A stretch of DNA of 64,000 nt. Origin: Actinomycetota bacterium (GTDB lineage: Bacteria; Actinomycetota; Actinomycetes; S36-B12). Under the pieces are notes generated by a model, which ran no database searches, was not told the origin of the DNA, and saw only the letters and a list, made by a program, of their open reading frames with translations. The position numbers and the translations under genes are program-made. Of this stretch, positions 53,985 through 62,584 are shown one piece after another. Position 1 is the stretch's first letter. Each line of letters opens with the position of its first letter. Location of the stretch: positions 575 through 64,574 of the forward strand of contig VGCC01000002.1 of assembly GCA_016870195.1 (NCBI GenBank). The letters are read 5' to 3'.

Positions 53985-54923
53985 GTGCGTTTCGCGATCC
54001 TGCTGGAGAGTCAAGAGGGCTTGACGTGGCCCCAACTGTCCAATGCCGCCGAGCACGGGGAACGTCTGGGCCTCGATGGCGTGTACGTATCGGACCACTA
54101 CGCACCCGTCGACATCACTAACCCGCGCGATGTCCTGCCCGCATGGATGGGGATCGCTGTCCTCGCGGCCACGACCTCCACGATCCGCATCGGACCGCTC
54201 GTCAGCCCGATCACCTTCCGCCACCCAGTGGATTTGGCACAGCAGGCGATCGCCCTCGATGTCCTGACGGGTGCGCGGATCGATCTCGGCATGGGCGCAG
54301 GCTGGCATGAGGACGAACACGTGCGCTTTGGTCGGGCATTCCCGGTGGCCGGAGAACGAGTATCCAGGCTAGAAGAGAGCCTCGAGGTGGTAACTCGACT
54401 GTGGCGGCAAACTGACGTCACCTGGGAAGGTCGGTTCTTTACGCTGCGCGAAGCAACGGTGTTGCCGCGCCCGGTGACAGTCGATCCACCCATCATCTTG
54501 GGCGGATCCGGACCACGGATGCTGGGTCTCGCCGCTCGATACGCGAAGGAATGGAACTGCTTCTACAAGAGCGTGGACGAAGTGGTCCAGATGCAGTCGG
54601 TGATGGACGATGCCTGTCGCTCCATCGGCCGCGATCCGGCGGCGTTAGCCCGCTCGCTCATGACACCCTTGGTGATCGGACGCGGAGAAGAGGACTTGTC
54701 GCGTTGCATCGACCGGCACCGAGAGGTATTTCCCGGTCTACCGGCGACTCCCGGGGAGTGGCGTGCGTCGGGTTTCCTCGGCGGGACCCTCGAAGAGGTT
54801 CGTCGTCAGGTAGGGCGTTTGACCGCCGCGGGAGTTGAGCGCCTCATCTTCGAATTCAACGATGTGGAGGACGTTTGTGCCCTTGAACTCGTCGCTGACG
54901 AACTATCGAACCTCGATACCTGA
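53985..54923 (+). CDS. LLM-class oxidoreductase, probably F420-dependent
   Basis: ESQEG, SDH, LVSPITFRHP, LGMGAGW...EH, IILGGSG. Confidence 0.85.
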   Translation: MRFAILLESQEGLTWPQLSNAAEHGERLGLDGVYVSDHYAPVDITNPRDVLPAWMGIAVLAATTSTIRIGPLVSPITFRHPVDLAQQAIALDVLTGARIDLGMGAGWHEDEHVRFGRAFPVAGERVSRLEESLEVVTRLWRQTDVTWEGRFFTLREATVLPRPVTVDPPIILGGSGPRMLGLAARYAKEWNCFYKSVDEVVQMQSVMDDACRSIGRDPAALARSLMTPLVIGRGEEDLSRCIDRHREVFPGLPATPGEWRASGFLGGTLEEVRRQVGRLTAAGVERLIFEFNDVEDVCALELVADELSNLDT

Positions 54924-56258
54924 CCTCTGGAGAAGCGTGCGACTGGCGTGTTGAGCTCTCAAGAGAGTGGCGTGCAATGGGACTCCGGTGGGCTGCCGTG
55001 CCGTCAACACAGCCTCACCCTGAACGAAGACGTCCGTAACGTTCTCCTGGGTGGCGCTGAAAACCAGGAGGGAATAGGGATCACTGAAGGACACGCTGTT
55101 CGGCAGCCAGGGGTTCAGAACGAACAGGTCGGCTAGCTTGCCGATTTCGATGGACCCGAGGTCATCCCCCCACCCGAGGGACGTGGCACCACCCCTGGTC
55201 GCCATCCAGACAATGTCACGGGCCATGATTATGGCGGGATCCCGATGCTCCAGTTTGTGGAGTAGCCCGGTCACCTTCATCACCTGCAGCATGTCCTGAT
55301 TGTTGTTGCTAGCTGGCCCGTCAGATCCGAGGCTCACGGTGATGCCGTGTTCGCGCATGTCCACGAGTGGTGCCAGACCTTCACCGAGGTAGGCGTTACT
55401 GATCGGATTGTGCGAGATCGAGCAACCGGACCGTGCGATCGACTCCAGATCCATGGCGCTTGGGTGGGTGCAATGCACGAGAAGGGTCCGCGGCCCCAAA
55501 AAACCGATGGACTCCTCGTACGCGATGTCGGATGACCCGAAAAGCTCACGTGCCGCGTCGAGCGTGGATGGGGTCGTTGCGTGGATTGTCACTCCAGAAT
55601 CGAACTCGCGGGCCAGCTCGCTTGCTGCAACCAGAGACTTCGGAGAAGTGCTGAATATCGTGTAGGGAGCAAACCAGACACGGACACGATCGACGTCGGT
55701 ACGATGGAATCTCTCAGCAAGACTCCGGCACGCTGCGATTTCATCGGCCGATGATTGGATTATGTCGGCGTGCACGGATCCGGCATCGATGATTCCTCTT
55801 GCCAAGATGGTTCGGACGCCAACCTCGCGCATGCCTGCGATCGTGGCCTCCGCCATGCCGGGCTGCGGGTGGGGGTAGTTGTAATCCACGACCGTGGTGG
55901 TCCCGCTCATGATCGCCTCGAGGGCCGTTACCTGACCGGCAACACGTGCATCGTCCACGGAGAGGTGGCCGACCACCCTGTCTATGGCCTGAGAGAACCA
56001 ATCCCAGACGCCCAATCCCTCGCCGATCCCGCGAGTTAGGGTCTGGAAGGAATGGGTATGGGTGTTAATCAGACCGGGAAAGACGAAAAATCCTCGAACG
56101 TCGTACACTGGTGCTGCGCCTGAAACGAAGTCGGCCATGGAGCCGATGGCGTCAATACGCCCATGTCGGATGCGAATGAATCCATCGGGAATCCTTGTCC
56201 AGCGATCATCAAGTGTCACCACATTGGCGTTGACGATGTCGCAATTACACGACGTCAT
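54903..56258 (-). CDS. Metal-dependent amidohydrolase (MTA/SAH deaminase-like), atypical
   Basis: PGLINTHTHSFQ, GTTT, LVHC, HNPISN, GSDGPASNNNQD; the usual HxxE reads HATT. ATGA overlap with psuG. Confidence 0.83.
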   Translation of the reverse strand: MTSCNCDIVNANVVTLDDRWTRIPDGFIRIRHGRIDAIGSMADFVSGAAPVYDVRGFFVFPGLINTHTHSFQTLTRGIGEGLGVWDWFSQAIDRVVGHLSVDDARVAGQVTALEAIMSGTTTVVDYNYPHPQPGMAEATIAGMREVGVRTILARGIIDAGSVHADIIQSSADEIAACRSLAERFHRTDVDRVRVWFAPYTIFSTSPKSLVAASELAREFDSGVTIHATTPSTLDAARELFGSSDIAYEESIGFLGPRTLLVHCTHPSAMDLESIARSGCSISHNPISNAYLGEGLAPLVDMREHGITVSLGSDGPASNNNQDMLQVMKVTGLLHKLEHRDPAIIMARDIVWMATRGGATSLGWGDDLGSIEIGKLADLFVLNPWLPNSVSFSDPYSLLVFSATQENVTDVFVQGEAVLTARQPTGVPLHATLLRAQHASRTLLQRSGIEVR

Positions 56259-57160
56259 GTCAATGAGTGAAGACTGCGCGCAAGGCGTGCGCCGACGAGA
56301 GCATTGTTCTTGATTAACGCCACATTTGCGTCCAAGCTCGCGCCGCCAGTGATCTCGAAGATCGCGCTGAGGAGGAATGGCGTGAGCGGCTTACCTGAGA
56401 TTCCCTCCGCCGTGGCGCGTTGGAGAGCCACGTCGATCGCCCGACGGGTCTCAGCTTCTGGCAGGGCGTCGGCTTCGGGCAATGGCACCCCCAGCAGCAT
56501 CCCTGCTGCGCCACGGAGGTCTTGGTCTGCCAGGAATGCTCGGGCGACCTCGTTGACGGACTCGGCCTTCCACTCAACTTTGACGCCACTGTTGCGGCTG
56601 TAGAACCACGGGAACGTGCTCTCCATCCACGAGGCCACCGGGCAGCCGATCGTCTCCAGGTACTCCAGGGTCGCGCGCACGTCCATGAAGGCTTTGGTGC
56701 CCGAGGTAACCGTGATGCAGGGGTACTTCTGAATAGCGAGTAAATCGGCGGAGATGTCCAAGGTCTCACCGAAGTCCGGGGCCACCCCGCCGATACCCCC
56801 GGTCACATGCACACGGATACCGGCCAGGCTGGCAATGAACAACGTCGCACCGACCGTTGTGGCACCACTGCGACCGGAGATGCTCGCGCAAGCAAGATCG
56901 CGCTCTTGCGCCTTGACGACATCGTCGGCATTCGCTAGGAAGGTCAACTCGTCTGGAGACAGTCCGCAGACAATGTCTCCTCTAATGAGGCCTATTGACG
57001 CCGGAATCGCACCTTCGCTGCGAATGATCTCTTCAACCGCCAGTGCGGTCTCGATATTCGTGGGGCGGGGCATCCCGTGGGCGACGATGGTCGACTCGAG
57101 AGCGACGAGCGGAGTGCCATCCTGAAGAGCTCGCTGTACTTCCGCACTGACACGCATCAT
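56255..57160 (-). CDS. psuG: Pseudouridine-5'-phosphate glycosidase
   Basis: VALESTIVAHGMP, GATTV, TGGIGGV, DISADL, GTK, TLEYLET, LTPFLL. Confidence 0.92.
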   Translation of the reverse strand: MMRVSAEVQRALQDGTPLVALESTIVAHGMPRPTNIETALAVEEIIRSEGAIPASIGLIRGDIVCGLSPDELTFLANADDVVKAQERDLACASISGRSGATTVGATLFIASLAGIRVHVTGGIGGVAPDFGETLDISADLLAIQKYPCITVTSGTKAFMDVRATLEYLETIGCPVASWMESTFPWFYSRNSGVKVEWKAESVNEVARAFLADQDLRGAAGMLLGVPLPEADALPEAETRRAIDVALQRATAEGISGKPLTPFLLSAIFEITGGASLDANVALIKNNALVGARLARSLHSLT

Positions 57161-57244
57161 CGGCCTTTCCTTTTGGGCTATTATTTAATCATTTGCGGGC
57201 CAGGTGATGTAGCAAATCCACACAAGGCGTAGCCTCTGAATATG

Positions 57245-58195
57245 TCACTTAAATTGTGTTGAATATTTGTCACGAAGTTTCGCGGTGATTGCAGCGCATG
57301 CGGAATGTCCACCGACAGATGCGATTGTCATTGCTGCGGCTTCAGATCCGCACGTGACTGCGGTCCTCAGGTCAGCTCCTGACAGATGCGCGGCGATGAA
57401 TCCAGCGGCTAATGCGTCCCCTGCGCCGGTCGTATCGGCAACCAGCGCGGCACTCGTTTCGATGGGTTCGATTGTGGAATTGGTGATCATGAAAGCGCCT
57501 GCGACGCCGAGTTTCATCACGACCACGGGAATGTTTAGGCTGCAAAGAGCAGTCGCGGCGGCGCGGGTGTCGGTCGCACCGGTAAAGGCGCATGCCTCGT
57601 ACTCATTGGGAAAAAAAGCGGTGGCGAGTTCCAGCAATGCACCGAGTTCGGGGGAGGGTCGCTCCATCAGCTGGGGACTGGGATCGAATGAGATCGGGAT
57701 GCCGCGTTCGCTGGCGAGCCGTGCAGCGTCCATCACCAGATGCGTGGTCGACTCGCGCTGGAGCCAGAAGCCGGAGATGTGCAACCAATCGACGTCCGGG
57801 ACGGTATCGAGGATTTGACTCGAGAACTCCGAGAATGCCGCCGCCGACGGTGTGGTTTCTGAGCCGCGGTAGGACAGGAAGCGCCGGTCTCCGTCCACGC
57901 CGATTGCCACCACGCACAGCGAATTCGGGCCAGACCTGCGCCGAACCAGGGACATGTCTAGCCCGTGAGAGGTGAGATCTTCGACAAGTAGATCGGTGAA
58001 CAGGTCGGAGCCGACCTCGGTCGCGAGCGTTGCCTTCAGGCCGAGGGCCGAGGCAACGGCCGCGAAATTCGCTGCAGACCCACCCGTGCCGACGGCACTC
58101 GCCGATGCCGCGACGTCCGGGGACGATTCCCAGGCATCTGCAACCTGCAGGCTCACCTCGACCATGGTGTCGCCTATTGCAAGGACGGTCGGCAT
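57245..58195 (-). CDS. PfkB family kinase, probable pseudouridine kinase
   Basis: GGSAAN, SFDP, PNEYEA, DTTGAGD; directly upstream of psuG. Confidence 0.85.
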   Translation of the reverse strand: MPTVLAIGDTMVEVSLQVADAWESSPDVAASASAVGTGGSAANFAAVASALGLKATLATEVGSDLFTDLLVEDLTSHGLDMSLVRRRSGPNSLCVVAIGVDGDRRFLSYRGSETTPSAAAFSEFSSQILDTVPDVDWLHISGFWLQRESTTHLVMDAARLASERGIPISFDPSPQLMERPSPELGALLELATAFFPNEYEACAFTGATDTRAAATALCSLNIPVVVMKLGVAGAFMITNSTIEPIETSAALVADTTGAGDALAAGFIAAHLSGADLRTAVTCGSEAAAMTIASVGGHSACAAITAKLRDKYSTQFK

Positions 58196-58364
58196 GTCAA
58201 CAGCATATGGGTGTACGGATCACATGAAATGTGTTGATCAATATTTCGTGTCATCGACGATGAGTCATAGCCTATGCTGTGCAAGTCGTTACTAGCGTAG
58301 GGGCGCGTGCTCCTCGTGTCGGGTACCGGTGAGGAACGACGTGAGCACCTGTGAGAGTCGGACG

Positions 58365-59207
58365 ATGATCAGCGTGGTGACTGGATTCGCTACAGCATTC
58401 TTTTTCGCCATCGGCATGATCGCCGCCGCTCGGGCCAGTAGAGGTGCGCACGCCACGCAGGTCATTGCATTGTCCGCGCTCATCTCGTCTCTGTTCGTCG
58501 TTCCGTGGGCACTGTCCGACGGTGTTCCCACCCTCACGACCGGCCAGACTGGATTGATGCTGGTCTCAGGGATCGGCAGTATCTTCGGATTCCTGTGCGT
58601 CTACACGGCATTAAAATACGGCAAGGTGGGGCTCGTCGCTCCGATCGTCGCCACGGAGGGCGGAATCGCGGCCCTCATCTCCTCGATCCTGGGAAGAAGC
58701 GTAGATCCGATCATCGCCTTCGTGCTCTTGATCATCGTTCTGGGCATCGTCATCGGCGCCCGATCACACGATCCCGATCCGTTTCCGGGCGAGAAGCCGG
58801 TGCACGCCGCCTTGTTCGCCGTCGCGGGCTCTCTGCTCTTCGCGATGGGACTAGTAGCCGTCGGGCTTCTGAGCGGCGACGTGATGCTGTCGTGGGTACT
58901 GCTCCCGGCTCGACTCGTGGGCGTCGCCATTCTGACGATTCCGTTGTTGCTGCTGGGTCGCCTGCGGGTTCCGCGACGGATTCTCGCCTGGGTAGTGCTC
59001 TTGGCAACGGTGGACGTGATCGCAATCAGCACGTATACCATCGGCGCGGCGAGTGATCTGCCGGTGACAGCCGTTCTCGCTTCGCAAATGGCACCACTCG
59101 CGGCCGTTCTTGCTTTCGTGCTTTTCAAGGAGAGGCTGGGGCGCGGGCAGATTGTCGGCCTCATGTTGATGATGGCTGGGATGACCGTTCTTGGAGTTCT
59201 GCAGTGA
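58365..59207 (+). CDS. EamA/DMT family transporter
   Basis: About 10 hydrophobic helices, GKVGLVAPI, LFKERL; start 58329 or 58365. Confidence 0.87.
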   Translation: MISVVTGFATAFFFAIGMIAAARASRGAHATQVIALSALISSLFVVPWALSDGVPTLTTGQTGLMLVSGIGSIFGFLCVYTALKYGKVGLVAPIVATEGGIAALISSILGRSVDPIIAFVLLIIVLGIVIGARSHDPDPFPGEKPVHAALFAVAGSLLFAMGLVAVGLLSGDVMLSWVLLPARLVGVAILTIPLLLLGRLRVPRRILAWVVLLATVDVIAISTYTIGAASDLPVTAVLASQMAPLAAVLAFVLFKERLGRGQIVGLMLMMAGMTVLGVLQ

Positions 59208-59267
59208 ATGATCTATGCGGTTCCCCGCACGTGGCACCGTCAGCCCACGAAGTGATAGGAGTCAGCT

Positions 59268-60128
59268 GTGGATGAAAGGCCAACGACGCCACCGTTGTTC
59301 GATGTGGACGGTGCCTCAGTGATGACGCGCATCACCGAGCAAGACGTGGGTCGCTATGTAATTTTGTCAGTGCATGATCCGCTGGGCTACGAGGACGACG
59401 TCGCCGCGGTCATCGCCACGTATCTCGACGACGCCTATCTGGTGGCTGACACACACATGTTCGTGACGTATACGGGACACTACAAGGGAACCAAAGTCAC
59501 GGTTTGTTCGACAGGCAGCGGTGCGCCGGAGACGGAGATCGCACTCGTCGACTTCTTCAGATTCTCCGAGGCGGATACCTTCATTCGTGCTGGAACATCG
59601 GGCACGTACCTGGAGCACGTCGCGGTCGGTGACGTTGTAATCGCTGCCGCAGCCGTACGAGACGAGGGCACCTCACAGGCTTACATCGTTCCGACCTATC
59701 CGGCGTTTGCCAATTACGAAGTGGTGCTGGCGATGCTCCAGGCGGCTGACGATCTTGGTGTCGGTCACCACCTGGGCGTGACTCGGTCGACCGATTCTTG
59801 TCAAGCGGGACAGGGGAGGCCCGTCCTCGGTTACCACCAGGCGGACAGCAAAGCCCAGCCCGAGTACTGGAAGCAGGCCGGAATCTTGAATTTCGAACGG
59901 GAGACTTCGATCATCTACGTGCTCAGCAGTCTCTTCGGGTTCCGAGCCTGCGCGGTCAACGCAGTGGTGAATAGCACTCCACGGGCGAACCTGGAGGTCG
60001 GAGCGGGATCCGATGAGGTGTTTCGAACGGTGCTCGAGGGCATCCACAACCTTTCGACCTGGGATCGAATCAAGGAGGACTCGGGCAAGGCCTACCTCTT
60101 GCCGTCCATGATGGCGATCAAGGAGTAG
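59268..60128 (+). CDS. Uridine phosphorylase-like NP-I family enzyme, divergent
   Basis: VTVCSTGSG, FIRAGTSG, AVRDEGTS, GQGR, NFERE. Confidence 0.82.
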   Translation: MDERPTTPPLFDVDGASVMTRITEQDVGRYVILSVHDPLGYEDDVAAVIATYLDDAYLVADTHMFVTYTGHYKGTKVTVCSTGSGAPETEIALVDFFRFSEADTFIRAGTSGTYLEHVAVGDVVIAAAAVRDEGTSQAYIVPTYPAFANYEVVLAMLQAADDLGVGHHLGVTRSTDSCQAGQGRPVLGYHQADSKAQPEYWKQAGILNFERETSIIYVLSSLFGFRACAVNAVVNSTPRANLEVGAGSDEVFRTVLEGIHNLSTWDRIKEDSGKAYLLPSMMAIKE

Positions 60129-60134
60129 GCGCCG

Positions 60135-60905
60135 GTGGATACCCAGCAGGACTTCTCCCTTGCCGGCAAGGTCGCCTTCGTCACGGGGGCTAACAGGGGA
60201 ATCGGTCGGGCTCTCGCCATCGGGTTGGCTACCGCGGGAGCTGACATCGCGGTGCTGCACCGTGGGGACGTCGAGGCGACGATGGGCGAGTTGTCCAGTC
60301 TGCCCGTTCGAAGCCGGGCGTACGAGTGTGACCTGGCCAACGCCGACGACGAGGAGCTGAGGGGAGTCGTGGACTCCGTTGCCAAGGATTTCTCCGGGCT
60401 GGATGTCCTTGTCAACAATGCTGGTGCGATTCATGTTTCTCCAGCAGTCAGTTACCCCATCGCTGACTGGGATGAGATCCTCCGTATTAACGTGACGAGT
60501 GCGTTCCTCCTCTCCCGTGCCGTGGGCGCGTCGTTCATCGACAGGGGGATTGCCGGCAGAATCATCAATGTCGCGTCGTTGCTCTCGTTCCTGGGGGGTC
60601 ACTCGGTCGTCGCGTACACTGCCAGCAAGAGTGCACTAGCCGGTGTCACGCGTACCTTGGCAGTGGAGTGGGGCGCCCTCGGGATTCGGGTCAACGCCAT
60701 CGCTCCGGGATACATCGTTACCGACAACACGCGTCGACTCCTGGAAAACAAGAACCTCAAGGCGATGATCGACGCGCGAATTCCCGCAGGAAGATGGGGA
60801 CAACCGGCCGACATAGTCGGACCTGCCGTATTCCTCGCATCCGACGCATCTCGATATGTGAATGGCGTGGTGCTTCCCGTCGATGGCGGAATCCTTGCGA
60901 ACTGA
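60135..60905 (+). CDS. SDR oxidoreductase, KduD-like
   Basis: TGANRGIG, ASLLSFLGG, YTASK, IAPGYIVTDNT, RIPAGRWG. Confidence 0.88.
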   Translation: MDTQQDFSLAGKVAFVTGANRGIGRALAIGLATAGADIAVLHRGDVEATMGELSSLPVRSRAYECDLANADDEELRGVVDSVAKDFSGLDVLVNNAGAIHVSPAVSYPIADWDEILRINVTSAFLLSRAVGASFIDRGIAGRIINVASLLSFLGGHSVVAYTASKSALAGVTRTLAVEWGALGIRVNAIAPGYIVTDNTRRLLENKNLKAMIDARIPAGRWGQPADIVGPAVFLASDASRYVNGVVLPVDGGILAN

Positions 60906-60911
60906 GATGGC

Positions 60912-62018
60912 GTGATGGTCGCTGAGCTTGGGAGGGCTGCCGTTCCTGTCGGGGTGATTGGGGTTGGAAACATCAGCGACACGTACCTGGAGAACCTTCG
61001 ATCAAGTTATTCCCCCTTTGTCGAGGTTATCGGCTGTGCCGACGTGATCCCCGAGCGAGCGCGAGCGGCTGCGACGAGGTGGGCGCTGCCCAGGACCTAC
61101 GAATCGGTGGACGACCTGTTGGCCGATGAGCAGATTCGTGTGGTTTTGGTCCTGACGACCCCTGCCAGTCACTTCGAAGTCTGCTCGGCTGCGGTGTCCG
61201 CTGGCAAACATGTGTTCGTCGAGAAACCGATCAGTGTCAGCGTCGATCAGGCGTCGGCGCTGGTCGAACATGCAGCGCAGGTAGGTGTCTCAATCGCTGT
61301 TGCCCCGGATACGTGCCTTGGGACTGCGCTGCAGTTGGCGCTCCAGGTGGTCGAAGATGGTCGCATTGGTGAACCGATTGCCGCCAGCGCCAACATGTTG
61401 TGCCATGGTCATGAGAAATGGCATCCGAATCCGGCGTTCTTCTACGAGCCGGGCGCGGGACCGCTGATGGATATGGGCCCCTATTACTTGTCCGCCTTAC
61501 TGGGGCTCATGGGGTCCGTCGAATCGGTCCAGGCTTCGTCGCAGGCGTCCTTCGGCCAACGTGAAGTATCAAGCGAGCCCTTGAAAGGCACCTGGATCGA
61601 CGTGCACGTGCCAACGCACGTCGCTTCGACCATGCGATTCGAGCGCGGCGGAATCGCCACCATGGTCACCAGTTTCGATGTCTGGGCTTCCCAGGCACCG
61701 CACCTGGAGATTTATGGATCCTCAGGAACTCTCGTGCTGCCGAATCCAAATTGGTACGACGGGCAAGTGCTCTTGTGGCAGGTTGCCGGACAAGAGTGGG
61801 TGTCGCTGTCGCCACCGGTCTCTGCGAACATCGACCGACGTGGTCTGGGTCTCGTTGACTTCGTCGAGGCGATCGCCGCGGGCGCGCAACCACGACTCGA
61901 TGCGTCTCTCGGTTTGCACATTCTCGACATCATGGAGTCGATCGGTGTCAGCGCAAAAACTGATTGCTTAGTACCCGTGAGCAGTCGATTAAGTGGGCCA
62001 CCTCTTCTGCAAGCATGA
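60912..62018 (+). CDS. Gfo/Idh/MocA family oxidoreductase
   Basis: GVGNIS, EKP, WHPNPAFFY, DMGPYY. Confidence 0.9.
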   Translation: MMVAELGRAAVPVGVIGVGNISDTYLENLRSSYSPFVEVIGCADVIPERARAAATRWALPRTYESVDDLLADEQIRVVLVLTTPASHFEVCSAAVSAGKHVFVEKPISVSVDQASALVEHAAQVGVSIAVAPDTCLGTALQLALQVVEDGRIGEPIAASANMLCHGHEKWHPNPAFFYEPGAGPLMDMGPYYLSALLGLMGSVESVQASSQASFGQREVSSEPLKGTWIDVHVPTHVASTMRFERGGIATMVTSFDVWASQAPHLEIYGSSGTLVLPNPNWYDGQVLLWQVAGQEWVSLSPPVSANIDRRGLGLVDFVEAIAAGAQPRLDASLGLHILDIMESIGVSAKTDCLVPVSSRLSGPPLLQA

Positions 62019-62103
62019 CAGTCATCGTTCACGCGGGCCGTACCCCTCGTGCTCGAGCCACTCGGGCAACGGGCACGAGATCGTGCGCTAGGCCCGAAGT
62101 GGC

Positions 62104-62424
62104 CTAGTGCAAGTCGATGGCCTCGAAGATGTGAACGCGGCCACCATGCTCCAGGTGAGGGTGGTCAGCGCAGGCGCTCGCTGCTGCATCGAGCGACGAG
62201 GCCTCAATGACTGTGTACCCGGACGCAGGCATACCGCCATCACCATCAGCCGCTGGAGATCCGGGAGCCGAGATGAACTTCGACGACCCCAAGGGATCGC
62301 CGCCTGCGGCGATCGCACTTCCCATCTTGGCGTACCACGCCTCCCAAGCAGCGAGAATCGCATCTTGCTCATCGCGCGATTCTGCAGTTTGTGAGCCTGA
62401 GTAGATCAAGACATAGCGGGACAC
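62104..62424 (-). CDS. YciI/DGPF-like small protein
   Basis: YVLIY, WEAW, GYTVIEA.SLDAA, HPHL..GG; 106 aa. Confidence 0.7.
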   Translation of the reverse strand: MSRYVLIYSGSQTAESRDEQDAILAAWEAWYAKMGSAIAAGGDPLGSSKFISAPGSPAADGDGGMPASGYTVIEASSLDAAASACADHPHLEHGGRVHIFEAIDLH

Positions 62425-62584
62425 AATTTTCCTAACGTTAGCCGTGATCCAAGCTTAGTAGGCTTACAGGCTGCTCGTCCACGTAACGCAAATCCAAGAT
62501 TCACCAAATTGACTAAAACAAAGTGCCGACGTGATGTTTCGATCGGATTGGACGAACTTCGATATAGCACGAGTGCATTCGTGA

